The notes: generated from the sequence alone by a model not told the origin. Counted from the whole stretch's first letter, positions 13,135 through 24,735 are shown. The stretch is 63,864 nt of DNA, filler included, from Octopus bimaculoides (GCF_001194135.2; 4 parts of 3 records of this genome joined end to end with filler, not necessarily neighbours in it); one strand, 5' to 3'. A program made the numbers and translations.

Positions 13135-13320
13135 CTTTCATCTTTTGCTTGTTTCAGTCATTACATTAAAGTCATGCTGGAGCACTTACCTGAAGAATTT
13201 TTAGTCGAATGAATCGATCCCACATTTATTCATTTATTTTTAAGCTTGGTACTGATTCTATCAGTCCCTTTTGCTGAACCTCTAAGTTATGGGGGCGTAA
13301 ACAATGCATCGTATATGCTA
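13135..13320 (-). mobile_element. SINE family A, 3' half
   Basis: TTGTTTCAGTCAT...CATGCTGGAGCAC...TTTAGTCGAA...CTAAGTTATGGGG. Confidence 0.7.
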
Positions 13321-13607
13321 TCAAATACGGTAATACTTTTGATGTGCTATTTTCTCGTTCTTCTTTTTGACGGTCACCATAAACGTCTTTTACCATTCTC
13401 TGGCAGCTTTCCTTAGCCATACTGACAGTTTCTAAACAGTCTTCGACTCTCTTAATCATCAGAAAACCATTTTGTTATTAACTCCTAAATGTTTCCCGCT
13501 CTGCTGTTTCTTACCAGTTTTTTTCCCCCGTCTCTCGGTCACAAAAATCTCTATCATTAAATCCTTGTCTTCTCCGGCAGTTTATCCTCTTTCATCATAA
13601 TCTTACC

Positions 13608-13858
13608 GTGGAGGCGCAATGGCCCAGTGGTTAGGGCAGCGGACTCGCGGTCATAGGATCGCGGTTTCGATTCCCAGACCGGGCGTTGTGAGTGTTTATT
13701 GAGCGAAAACACCTAAAGCCCCGCGAGGCTCCGGCAGGGGATGGTGGCGAACCCTGCTGTACTCTTCCACCACAACTTTCTCTCACTCTTACTTCCTCTT
13801 TCTGCTGTGCCTGTAATTCAAAGGGTCAGCCTTGTCACACTGTGTCACGCTGAATCTC
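13608..13858 (+). mobile_element. SINE family B (tRNA-Arg-like head), runs into gap
   Basis: GTGGAGGCGCAATGGCCCAGTGGTTAGGGCAGCGGACTCGCGGTC...GGTTTCGATTCCC; near-identical to 36128. Confidence 0.9.
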
Positions 13859-15157
13859 NNNNNNNNNNNNNNNNNNNNNNNNNNNNNNNNNNNNNNNNNN
13901 NNNNNNNNNNNNNNNNNNNNNNNNNNNNNNNNNNNNNNNNNNNNNNNNNNNNNNNNNNNNNNNNNNNNNNNNNNNNNNNNNNNNNNNNNNNNNNNNNNNN
14001 NNNNNNNNNNNNNNNNNNNNNNNNNNNNNNNNNNNNNNNNNNNNNNNNNNNNNNNNNNNNNNNNNNNNNNNNNNNNNNNNNNNNNNNNNNNNNNNNNNNN
14101 NNNNNNNNNNNNNNNNNNNNNNNNNNNNNNNNNNNNNNNNNNNNNNNNNNNNNNNNNNNNNNNNNNNNNNNNNNNNNNNNNNNNNNNNNNNNNNNNNNNN
14201 NNNNNNNNNNNNNNNNNNNNNNNNNNNNNNNNNNNNNNNNNNNNNNNNNNNNNNNNNNNNNNNNNNNNNNNNNNNNNNNNNNNNNNNNNNNNNNNNNNNN
14301 NNNNNNNNNNNNNNNNNNNNNNNNNNNNNNNNNNNNNNNNNNNNNNNNNNNNNNNNNNNNNNNNNNNNNNNNNNNNNNNNNNNNNNNNNNNNNNNNNNNN
14401 NNNNNNNNNNNNNNNNNNNNNNNNNNNNNNNNNNNNNNNNNNNNNNNNNNNNNNNNNNNNNNNNNNNNNNNNNNNNNNNNNNNNNNNNNNNNNNNNNNNN
14501 NNNNNNNNNNNNNNNNNNNNNNNNNNNNNNNNNNNNNNNNNNNNNNNNNNNNNNNNNNNCGATGAGGCGAAGAATGAAGTCAGATGAGAGGAAAAAAAGT
14601 GTGTATGTGTGAGAGAGAGGTGAGTGAGGAAGAGAAGGAATAAAAAGGAGGTGACTTTAGCATTTGGTAAATACAACTCATTAACTTCGTAATATTCTTT
14701 CTCATCAATGCTGGCACCATCATCATCATCAACACCACAGTTATCATCATTAACGAATTGACCACCACCACCACCACCACCACCATCGTCATTATCGTCA
14801 ATAACAACTATTATCAGTACCACCACCATCCCCACCATACTATAACTACTACTATACCACCATCTTCACTCCCAACATCATCTTCACTTTTCCTCATCAC
14901 CATTACAAACATCATCGTCGTCGTTGTCATCGTCATCACAGAACCATTTACCAAAGGTTTGAGTTTTTTTCTCCTCTCCGCTGTTGCTGGCGGTTTCATT
15001 TGAAGGATATTTGGCTGTTATTTCTTCTAAACTGAGTGACTACGACTGTGTAACAAAAGTAATAAAGGGTTCTCACAGACTTCGTTATGTGTATATTTGG
15101 TGAGAAGACGCTTGTCCGAGCGTAGACTAATAAATACCGAATATATGTGTATATATA

Positions 15158-15401
15158 TTGGGTTCGTGCATAATTTTTGCGGCTTTTTTTCAACAAATTT
15201 CATTCAACAATAACAATATTTAACAAAAACATCTTTAAATGACGGGCTGACCGTCTGCCAAGCAAATGGGAAGCAGTAATTGAAGTAGATGGTGAATATG
15301 TTCCGGTATATATCATTTAAAGATGTTTTTGTTACATGTTGTTATTGTTTTTATTGTATAAAATTTGTTGAAAAAGCGGCAACAATTATGCTCCAATCCA
15401 A
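15158..15401 (+). mobile_element. Mariner-derived MITE (Hsmar1/cecropia-like TIRs)
   Basis: TA-flanked TTGGGTTCGTGCATAATTTTTGCGGC ... GCGGCAACAATTATGCTCCAATCCAA inverted arms of about 85 bp. The centre encodes the transposase C-terminal remnant DRLPSKWEAVIEVDGEY. Confidence 0.85.
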
Positions 15402-15576
15402 TATATTTAACATCGCATATAACAGGAATTCCTGCTAGCTATTATTCTTTGTCCTGTTTTCCTGTGTGTTCATTCTATTGTCCGTAAAAATAAGTCCGTT
15501 TTTTTGTGCTTTATACATGTAGATGTAGGTATGTACATATATGTATGTATACATGCATATGTTCATATATCATTTG

Positions 15577-15619
<43 letters not shown>

Positions 15620-15793
15620 TACATATACATATATGCGCATACCTACATCTATACGTACATATATATGCATATGTGCGCACAGGACATCACGAAACGTGCA
15701 CAATAAAAAAAATACGAAGTACGAGTACATGGAATATGGACTATTTTTTCGAACAACGGAAGACACAAATGGAAAACAAAACGAGCAACATTA

Positions 15794-15842
<49 letters not shown>

Positions 15843-15937
15843 TAATGAGATGAAATGCATGGCTGGTGCATCAGCAGTTAAATGCTTGCCATGTAGGTGT
15901 GCATCTGTTTATTATTTCTGTTTGTGCATATCTGCAG

Positions 15938-16009
15938 GTGCTGTTCGCGTCGATACTGATCAAGATACACCAACTCTTCATCGATCTCTCAACTCACGTG
16001 ACACTGAAG
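15938..16009 (+). CDS. Candidate internal exon, unknown product (phase-1 frame: AVRVDTDQDTPTLHRSLNSRDTE)
   Basis: TTTCTGTTTGTGCATATCTGCAG acceptor, AAG|GTCAGT donor, 72 nt symmetric, unique sequence. Phase is compatible with 11158-11250. Confidence 0.45.
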
Positions 16010-17526
16010 GTCAGTTCCTATCNNNNNNNNNNNNNNNNNNNNNNNNNNNNNNNNNNNNNNNNNNNNNNNNNNNNNNNNNNNNNNNNNNNNNNNNNNNNNN
16101 NNNNNNNNNNNNNNNNNNNNNNNNNNNNNNNNNNNNNNNNNNNNNNNNNNNNNNNNNNNNNNNNNNNNNNNNNNNNNNNNNNNNNNNNNNNNNNNNNNNN
16201 NNNNNNNNNNNNNNNNNNNNNNNNNNNNNNNNNNNNNNNNNNNNNNNNNNNNNCCCCCCCCCCCAACCAAAATAAATTCTCAAATATATATGAATCAAAA
16301 GGATCTTCTAACTCTTTTAATCCAATCTCTTGTCGCCACATTAACTAAACTTTTTAATGGGGGTGAGATAACCTATTTTTTTAATGGCAATGTTTTAATG
16401 GGGGTGAGATAACCAAAAAGTACCAAAATAAGTACTGGGGTGGATTCGTTCTCCTAAAATCCCCCAAGGCTGTGCTCCAGCATGACCGCAATCCAATGAT
16501 GTAAGTGAGAGTTTAAAAAAGTAAGATATAGAATTATAAAATTCTTATGACATCAGCTCTTGCTGGTAAGAATTAAAGTTTCTGAAATGGAGAGAGTAAT
16601 TCGAAACATTGCTTTGGTCCGGTGGTAAAACGCCTGTCATGTTTACAGAAGATGTGGTTTCGGAGCCTACGAGCAGCCTTTTTTTTTAACAACCAAATAG
16701 GTTTCTTTTTAACCCAATATTTACATGCTATTATTTATAGCTTTATTTGCTTCGAGTTTCACTGTTCCATAATAGAATTGTTTCATGTCCTCTCGAAATT
16801 TATATATTCTTATAATGTCAACAATGCGTGTGTGTGTCTGTGTATTCGTACGTGTATGTATTTGTGTGTGTGTTAGATCGTTTTGGGGAAGATATTTTTT
16901 TTTGCCTTTATTTCCAGCTCGGTTGAAACCCACGTGACTCAGTCACTTCTTCTCTCCGTCATCTCTTCCCGATTCTCCTTGTAACGACCACACACACACA
17001 CTCACACACATTAAACACTGATCCATCCTTTCCCAGAGTTATGGCGGTCTGGAACTGATCTCGCTCTGGTCCGGCCATCAAAGGTCATAAGCATTACATC
17101 CCCAACCACCACCCTCTCCTCTTTAAGAGCCACCAATCCTAATGGCCGTCCTTATCTTCTCCACACTCCACTTTAGCCTCTATCTTCTGCCTCATCGTGT
17201 CTCGCTTCATTTATTGTTTCGTCCTTCCTCTCTCATCTTCACGCTTTCTTACTTTCATTTGCTCACTCTGTCTTCTCTTCACCCTCTCTTCTCTCTCTCT
17301 CTCTCTCTCTCCTCATGTCTTTGGTTCTCTTTCTCTCTCTCTCTCTTCTCATAAATTTTTGGTTTTCTGTGTCTGTCTCTATCTGTGTGTGTGTGTGTGT
17401 TTCTCTCTCGCGTGCGCCATCTTTCTCCTGCATATATACGTCCTGTCTTATCTCGCTCGTTCCTTCTTTCTCTCTCTCTCTCTCGCCATACGCCTTTATT
17501 TCGCGCTCTCTTCTTCACCTTCTTTC

Positions 17527-17690
17527 TTCTGCGTCTCGTCCTCTCTTTCCCCCTCTCTTCTGCGTCTCGTCCTCTTTTTCCCCCTCTCTTCTGCGTCTCG
17601 TCCTCTCTTTCCCCCTCTCTTCTGCGTCTCTTTCTCTCTTTCTGCGTCTCTTTCTCTTCTTCACCTTCTTTCTTCTGCGTCTCTTTCTCT
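17527..17690. repeat. Pyrimidine-rich 31-bp minisatellite
   Basis: TTCTGCGTCTCGTCCTCTCTTTCCCCCTCTC units start at 17527, 17558 and 17589, with variant units at 17620, 17640 and 17673. Confidence 0.9.
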
Positions 17691-18869
17691 CTTCTCCCCC
17701 CCCCATCACTCTTTGTCATATTTTCCTATCTGCAAACTAGTTTGAAAAAAAAAAAAATGGACGAGTTCAGTGAAGCATTCTAAATAACCTTCATTCGTTC
17801 TCCATGACCGATGAAACAGCAGGGATATTGCGTTAAATCAGACAGATTCTCCTCCATGTCCATACCGAGAAAAGTCCAGTTCTTTCCTGGATAGCACTGG
17901 CTCAACAGCGCGGAAATAAAACCATTAGCTTTGTGATGTTATGTCGCCATCGTAATACGCTCGTTTCAAAATGGCGGCTTTAGGTTGGACGACTGAATCG
18001 TTGTTCCTTTATCAAAACGCGAGAGAAAAATAAACAAACAAGCGTAATAAGCGAACTAATATGGTATTTGGCACCGAAGTAGAAATTTGTCGGTCCTGTA
18101 CATGCCCGGCATTCATACATCGACCCCACGAGGATAAAAAACGAAGTTAACGTTTCTGATATCACTAAATACTATGTCCCGTCTTTACTTTTTAGTATTG
18201 CAATCCGCTGGAATACCCGCCATTCTTTTATATCCTCCTTCACACGCACCAGCCGTAGATATCACGTGCTGACGAGGAAGCTGCTAACGTGATAATTCAG
18301 CTTGCTAGAAATAGTAACCAAAGAATGACACATATCGGATAATGTAATTCTAGATACACTGTCTAAAATTAAGATGAGTTGAGGATAGGAAGCCTCTATG
18401 TGGTCACTCAGCCTGCTAGAAATAGCAAACAAATTTGCTTCAGATAAGGCTTTCTCTTAAAAAAAAAGAGAAGACGACTTTGAAATTAAATTAGGTTAGT
18501 GACACGTTGAATAATATTGCTTTAAATGGATTGTCTGAAATTCAGAGGGGTTGGTCAGCGCTAGAACCTCTTACATCGGATGTTTTCAGATTGTGTACGG
18601 TGATACTTTATTTAGTATTCATTTTATCATTTTGTAAAAGCACCAGAGAATTTGACAAATACAATAATTATCATTATTATTTAACTTTTATCATATTTCC
18701 TCATATTACTCATAGTAACAAACATTTGCTCCTTATGGAACCCATCGTATGACGTGTAACACTCAAGTATGTGTGTGTATGTATAAATATATATATATAT
18801 ATATAAACAATATATGAGTATATACATATATATGTACATGTATGTATATACGTTCATCTACATGTACAT

Positions 18870-19130
18870 ATAGATACATAACTGGGTACATGACGTGGCA
18901 AAAGAACAAGGACAAAATGGTAAACAAGGTGCAACAAGCAGGCAGGCCACATAGAAACATCCCCTTCATCAGCTGCCACCATTAAAACTCCGGCGTTTCG
19001 AAGAATTAAGGCAGTACGCATCGTTAAAATGGTTCTTCCCACGAACACAAATTAAATTGTTTTCGTGGCGGGTAGTGGCGGAATATACACACATACACAC
19101 TTACACACGTACATATACTCAGAGAAAAGC
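18870..19130 (-). mobile_element. Dispersed repeat, possibly a Penelope-like terminal region (related to 43575-43710)
   Basis: Both loci share CATAT..GGGTAC..GACGT and CCCTTCATCAGCTG...CGTTTCGAAG. Confidence 0.45.
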
Positions 19131-19167
19131 GTTAAATGACAAGGGAAGGGAAAATTATATAATGAAC

Positions 19168-19320
19168 TTCATCCGCTTACAGCTATTTCTGCTATGAGAT
19201 TCAGCGTACTCATACCCGAGTGCTTGTGCATCACCTCATAGCTCCGTCGGAGGTTCACGCAAGCACTCGACCATGAGTGCAGTATTGCATCTTATAGCAG
19301 AAACGGCTGTAGGTGATGAA
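19168..19320. repeat. About 150-bp imperfect palindrome (MITE-like or Penelope-like foldback)
   Basis: The 5' arm TTCATC..TACAGC..TTTCTGCTATGAGAT..TACTCAT..CGAGTGCTTG..ACCTC pairs with the reverse complement of 19248-19320. Confidence 0.8.
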
Positions 19321-19324
19321 CACT

Positions 19325-19371
<47 letters not shown>

Positions 19372-19834
19372 CAGTATTAAAATAGATGGAGGCGAGGAAG
19401 ACTATTTAATACGAGAAAATTTAGATGTGTGTGTTAGTATCGCTATGCCTAAGCGATATGTGAGTGTGTATGTATGTAAATTGATTAAGTGCACAGAACT
19501 TTCACATCTAAGGACGCTAAGACACTTATACAACAGAAACACGTGTTGGAATTTTACATTCTCAAAAGATAANNNNNNNNNNNNNNNNNNNNNNNNNNNN
19601 NNNNNNNNNNNNNNNNNNNNNNNNNNNNNNNNNNNNNNNNNNNNNNNNNNNNNNNNNNNNNNNNNNNNNNNNNNNNNNNNNNNNNNNNNNNNNNNNNNNN
19701 NNNNNNNNNNNNNNNNNNNNNNNNNNNNNNNNNNNNNNNTTTTGAGTTCAAATCTCGTCGGTGATGTCGACCCTGCTCCCCACATCCCCTTCTCGCTCTC
19801 TCGTTCTTTTTCTCCCGCTTCCCTCTGAAACCAG

Positions 19835-19968
19835 TAAGCTACACTATCAGCTCCGTTCGTGTTTCAATGTCGTACTTCGCGGCTCTGCTCTCTCCTGTTA
19901 CGTCACCTGTAGACAACTGGAGGAGGACGTCGGCAGAATCAGATACTCATTGCAGTGTTCGGTGCTGA
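19835..19968 (+). CDS. Possible terminal/internal exon (VSYTISSVRVSMSYFAALLSPVTSPVDNWRRTSAESDTHCSVRC*)
   Basis: Long pyrimidine tract plus CCAG acceptor; the phase-1 frame is open for 44 codons. The same bases can also be read as a donor. Confidence 0.2.
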
Positions 19969-20234
19969 GTCAGCTTATTGTGGCGGGGTGGTGTCGGCTG
20001 GGGTCGAGAGAGAGAGAGAGAGAGAGAAAGAGACAGACAGAAAATGGGGTGTGGTAAGGGAATAGAACATCTATGTGTGTGTGTGTGTATACACACATAC
20101 ACACACGCACACAAATATGTCAATGTAGATGGGAAGATGTTTGTGTATATAAGTGTGTATACACACGATTTTATGTACAAAATTATTTGAAAGTGTACGC
20201 GAACGTGATGTATGTATATACATATATGCATTTT

Positions 20235-20285
<51 letters not shown>

Positions 20286-20329
20286 NNNNNNNNNNNNNNN
20301 NNNNNNNNNNNNNNNNNNNNNNNNNNNNN

Positions 20330-20341
20330 TTAATTAATTAA
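20330..20341. other. Assembly linker TTAATTAATTAA (six-frame stop) inside 44N+12+44N
   Basis: Identical 100-bp construct at 50030-50129 and 62630-62729. Confidence 0.95.
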
Positions 20342-20628
20342 NNNNNNNNNNNNNNNNNNNNNNNNNNNNNNNNNNNNNNNNNNNNTTATTTTGTTTAAAA
20401 CAGTTCCAACACTGTCTGTTTTTTATGTTTTATTTATATTCCTGCAGAACCAATGTTGGGTATAGAATATGGAATATACAATATATAATATAATATACAA
20501 TATATAATATAATATAAAATAGAATAAAAATGGATGGCACCATGAAAGAAAGTATTGAATGTAGATGAAATATTGAGTGTTCAATATAAAGGATCAAATA
20601 TATAAATATATAAATATAAATATATAAA

Positions 20629-20668
20629 GGCGACTCGAGTTTCAGGGCTATTTCCCTTCGTCATGGCC
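20629..20668 (-). ncRNA. Minimal type I hammerhead ribozyme-like motif with 1-nt core insertion
   Basis: Minus strand: GGC-C(A)TGACGA-AGGG[AAATAG]CCCT-GAA-ACTCGAGT-C-GCC, i.e. 4-bp stem II, palindromic stem III, GUC triplet and 3-bp stem I. Confidence 0.6.
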
Positions 20669-20699
20669 GGTATGACAGACTTTAACATATATATATATA

Positions 20700-20998
20700 T
20701 ATATATGTACGTATGTGTGTTTGTGTGTCTGTGTTTGTCCCACCACCATCGCTTGACAAACGATGCTGGTGTATTTACGTCCCCGTAACCTAGCGGTTCG
20801 GCAAAAAGAGACCGATAGAATAAGTACTAGGCTTCCAAAGAATAAGTCCTGGGGTCGATTTTTTCGACTAAAGGNNNNNNNNNNAATAAGTACTAGGCTT
20901 CCAAAGAATAAGTCCTGGGGTCGATTTTTTCGACTAAAGGCGGTGCTCCAGCATGGCCGCAGTCAAATGACTGAAACAAGTAAAAGAAAAAAAGAGTA
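20700..20998 (+). mobile_element. SINE family A, 3' half
   Basis: ATCGCTTGACAAACGATGCTGG...GGCGGTGCTCCAGCATGGCCGCAGTC. A 48-bp segment is duplicated across a 10-N gap. Confidence 0.9.
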
Positions 20999-21345
20999 AA
21001 CCTCTAGACACTCCGCTCCTCGCCGTAGTCCTCCATTGACGTTTACCACCGCTTCATGAGCTCCCAACGCTCCCAAGGGGGAACTACCGTCCGGATTAAC
21101 AACTGCTGATTCGATAAATACTTAAAACATAATGGTTATCACTAATCTCGAATAGTTTCACTTCGGATCACGGGAAATTTTGTGAATGCAGTAGTTGGTG
21201 TTAGAAAATATGTGAAACAGACGTGTCTGATTGTTCGACACTATATAATTAGATGTTTCCAGAAATCGGTGATCAATCTTAAAGACCAGTTCTTATGAGA
21301 TATGATATCAATTCCTGACGATCGAGATTAGTAATGTTTGAAAAG

Positions 21346-21685
21346 TAGGCATAGCTGTGCGGTTAAGAAGATTGCTCTGCAGCCAGGTGGTTTCGAATTC
21401 AATCTCATTGTGCAGTACTTTGGGAAAGTATCTTCTGCCATATCTCGGAGCCGACTAATCCCTTGTGGGTGAATTTGTTAGAAGGGAAACTATATGGAAG
21501 CCCTTTACATGCATATGTGTATGTGTGTATTTGTGTGTGTGTTTGTATGTTATTGTGTTTATGTCTGTCCCTAGTTGACCGCATGAAAACCAGTGTGGGT
21601 TTGTTTACGTCCTCCTGACTTAACAGTTTGGCAAAGAGGACGATAGAATAAGTTCGAGACTTAAATATAAGGACAGGAGTCGAGG
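21346..21685 (+). mobile_element. SINE family A, old copy
   Basis: GGCATAGCTGTGCGGTTAAGAAG head, GGAAACTATATGGAAGCCC body and internal (TG)n. Confidence 0.7.
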
Positions 21686-22591
21686 TATTAGTTAGGAAAT
21701 ATCACCGTAGAATGAAATTACTCTGTTGGTTGTTGATATGGCTTTTTAGCTCACAAAATAATTCTAATTGTCCATGTCTACCAGAGTACGCATTCTTGTG
21801 CGTTTAGTTGGTACTTTTCTCCGCCACCTCAATAGTCAAATATTTTGAAATATGTTCAAGACAATATCCGGAGTTGTCTCCCATGCTTGCCTTTTCTCTC
21901 TGCAAAATTATTTCTACCTAGCCTTTTTTTATTTTTTTGTACCTACTGCTTTAAATATCTCAACATTAATTTGCTTTTATAAAATATGTATTACTTTATT
22001 CATAGATACTGTACTCTGTCATTTATTTTATCGACTAACTTGAAAATAATATTACTGAAAGTATTTAACCGTCTAGGAAATAAAACGTTAACTTCGTTCA
22101 TGTTTAGCAAAAGATTAAATTGTATACGTATATATATATATATACGTGTGTGTGTGTGTGTGTGTTTATATTTGATAAATAATAATTCGGGTAAATATAA
22201 CGTGTGTATAAAAGAGGATAAAAATGTCAGAAATAACTGGGTGATTATAGTTTATCCTCTTTATATACACTTTATTCCTACTTTGTTTAAATGTAAAAAT
22301 CTTATTAATCTCAATGAACAAATCGGATTTAAGCTTTATAGGAAATGTTTAATGTCACTTATCCTTTCTTGATAATTTTTGATGTTTCGCAAAATGGTAA
22401 CAAAGGTTGGAGCTTGTTTCGCAATTCTTGTATTCGTGCATTTGCATGTGTGTATGCACGTGCGCGGAGGGGAGGGAATCGATGCTGTTTTTTTTTGTTT
22501 TTTTTTGTCTCTTTCCTTTAACTTCTTTCAGCCCTGGGACTACAGCTATGCTGGGACATCGCCTCGGCGGGTTTAATCGAATAAACCGCAA

Positions 22592-22828
22592 ATTGATCCA
22601 CCTCAGTACTTATGTTTACGTTAGGTACTTAATCTATTGGGCTCTTTTGCCGAACAGCTAAGACAGGGATATAAACAGATTACCACAGGTTGTGACGGTG
22701 CAGAACAAAGACGAAGACACTCACATACATACACATACATCTGCACATACACACACACACATACAAAAACACGTCCCGCGCGCGCACACACACACACACG
22801 CACATACACACACACACANNNNNNNNNN

Positions 22829-22868
<40 letters not shown>

Positions 22869-22995
22869 ACACATATATATACACGATGGGCTTCCACACA
22901 GTCTCTGTCTATAAAAATTCTTCACTCACAAGGCATTGGTGCTGCACATTGGGATGAGCCCAGGACCATATGATTCCAAAGCGAGTTGCTTCATC
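22592..22995 (-). mobile_element. SINE family A, old copy
   Basis: Reverse-strand body with an expanded (CA)n tract. Confidence 0.65.
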
Positions 22996-23299
22996 CACTC
23001 ACCCTTGTTTGAGAGTCGAATAAAATTTTTATTCAAGAATTTAAAATAAAGAGCAAAACTTTTAGTTTCGTGGTTCGTTATCGATCACCTGTTTGATTAG
23101 ATGTTTTGTGTAAAATCAAGGTACATTAAATAGAAATATAGAACTATACTTTCAAAAATATCAATTTGCTTGAGCAACAGGGTTTGTATTTATTCATCCG
23201 TCATCATTATCAGACGATATCTTTTAAAAACAAAGACGCCCTTCGTTCACGAATGACCATGGGATTGCACTTAGAAAGTTCCTCTCCGAAGCACAAGTC

Positions 23300-23567
23300 C
23301 GGACAAGGTCGTTTGGGGGAAGACCAATAGTCACCCATACATACCAGTCTCCCTTCTCCACACCACCTATGTTGTCCAAGGAAACAGCAAAAGCTGATAC
23401 AGCTTGGCACCAGTGGCGTCGCAATTCCTTCCTACTGCTGAGTGAACTGGAGCAACGTGAAATAAAGTGCCTTGCTCAAGAATACAACAATCAATCCGGT
23501 CTGGATATCGAACTCACACCTCATGATTGAAAGCCCAACTCTCTAGCCACCGAGCTATTCATCTTCA
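23300..23567 (-). mobile_element. SINE family C variant (CORE-like)
   Basis: GCTGAGTGAACTGGAGCAACGTGAAATAAAGTGCCTTGCTCAAG block and tRNA-like head at 23490-23567. Confidence 0.75.
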
Positions 23568-23945
23568 TAACAGTTGCCTGTTGCCTGTTATAAGGTTGAC
23601 TTGCTTATAAATTTGATTAATAATATAGACTGCAGGTTTAATTGCATAAAGTAATGATTAACTTGATAAAGGTACGATTAACTGTAAATATACAGTTGAC
23701 TAAAAACGGATAAGTTAAATTAAGTAAACGTTATGTTTAATTGTATGGTGGTAAAGCTAACTGCATAAAGTTAAAGATGGATGTAGAAGAGAAAACAAAG
23801 AAAGGTAAGTTAGACGTCCTGTTCAATTATTTGAACTAAAACTAAAAGAAAAAAGAAAGAAACTTATCCCCACTACCCAACCCGAAAAGTTGTATATCGG
23901 TCACTCAATAAAAGAATTAGAACTTATTATTTTGGAAGAACTTTC

Positions 23946-24155
23946 TTTTCTACTCTAGGCACAAGCCCGAAATTTTGGGGGAGAGGGCCAGTCGATTAGA
24001 TCGACCCCAGTACGCAACTAGTACTTAATTTATCGACCCCGAAAGGATGAAAGGCAAAATCGACCTCGGCGGAATTTGAAATCAGAACGTAGCGGCAGAC
24101 GAAATACCGCTAAGCATTTCGCCTGGCGTTCTAACGTTTCTGCCCGCTCACCGCC
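23946..24155 (-). mobile_element. SINE family D, full length, with 19-bp TSD
   Basis: Head GGCGGTGAGCGGGCAGAAACGTTAG on the minus strand. TSD TTATTTTGGAAGAACTTTC (23927-23945) and TTATTCTGGAAGAACTTTC (24156-24174). Confidence 0.9.
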
Positions 24156-24673
24156 TTATTCTGGAAGAACTTTCATCTCATGTAATGGTGTCCACGCGAA
24201 AAGTTAGTCTTTATGTCACTTCACCGCATAATGGCAATCACCATATTTTAAATATTTATTCTTATACTCGATATTTTATTTCCACTTCCAATTGATGACA
24301 CCACAGGGTATCGCTAGTCTACCGTTTCTAACGGTCGTTATTTATTCACTTTTTATTCTTAAAAGCTATCTTATTTTGTTTTTATTGTCTGCACTGAAAT
24401 TGAGGATGTGATACTTCGAGATCAGTTAAAGTATGAGAAGTATTGTTTTATTAATAGAAGTTATAGATTAAAATGTTGTTACTACTAATATACGAATTCA
24501 GTGAAAATATGGATAATTGTAACTGGAATCTTTCAATTCTATCAGATGCAAAGATTTCAGATGATCTCTCACTCAGGTTGAAATCGCGTTCAGATTACTG
24601 GTGTGTCTGATTTCAGATTACCAACTTCAAATGATTCTCCAAATTTTCGTGTCACTGGTAAGGAATAAAATTA

Positions 24674-24735
<62 letters not shown>

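Noticed and set aside
13608-13680. tRNA genes at SINE heads (also 33527-33600, 35457, 36128, 63444)
   Set aside because: A/B boxes are present but acceptor stems are not, and each continues into a repeat body.
17527-17690. CRISPR-like periodic repeats (also 37105 and 60831)
   Set aside because: They are tandem units without unique spacers, in eukaryotic context with no cas genes.
18269-18312. Plus-strand CTGACGA...AAGCTG/CAGCTT...GAAAT
   Set aside because: Stem II does not abut the core, there is no stem III or cleavage triplet, and the GCTAGAAATAG word belongs to an old dispersed repeat.
20815-20935. Direct duplications flanking small gaps (also 600-735 and 32913-33107)
   Set aside because: Identical sequence on both sides of an N run is typical of unmerged contig overlaps.
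24594-24657. Exon-like ITGVSDFRLPTSNDSPNFRVT with CTG|GTAAGG donor
   Set aside because: The acceptor is weak, an in-frame stop lies just upstream, and the donor abuts a repeat boundary.
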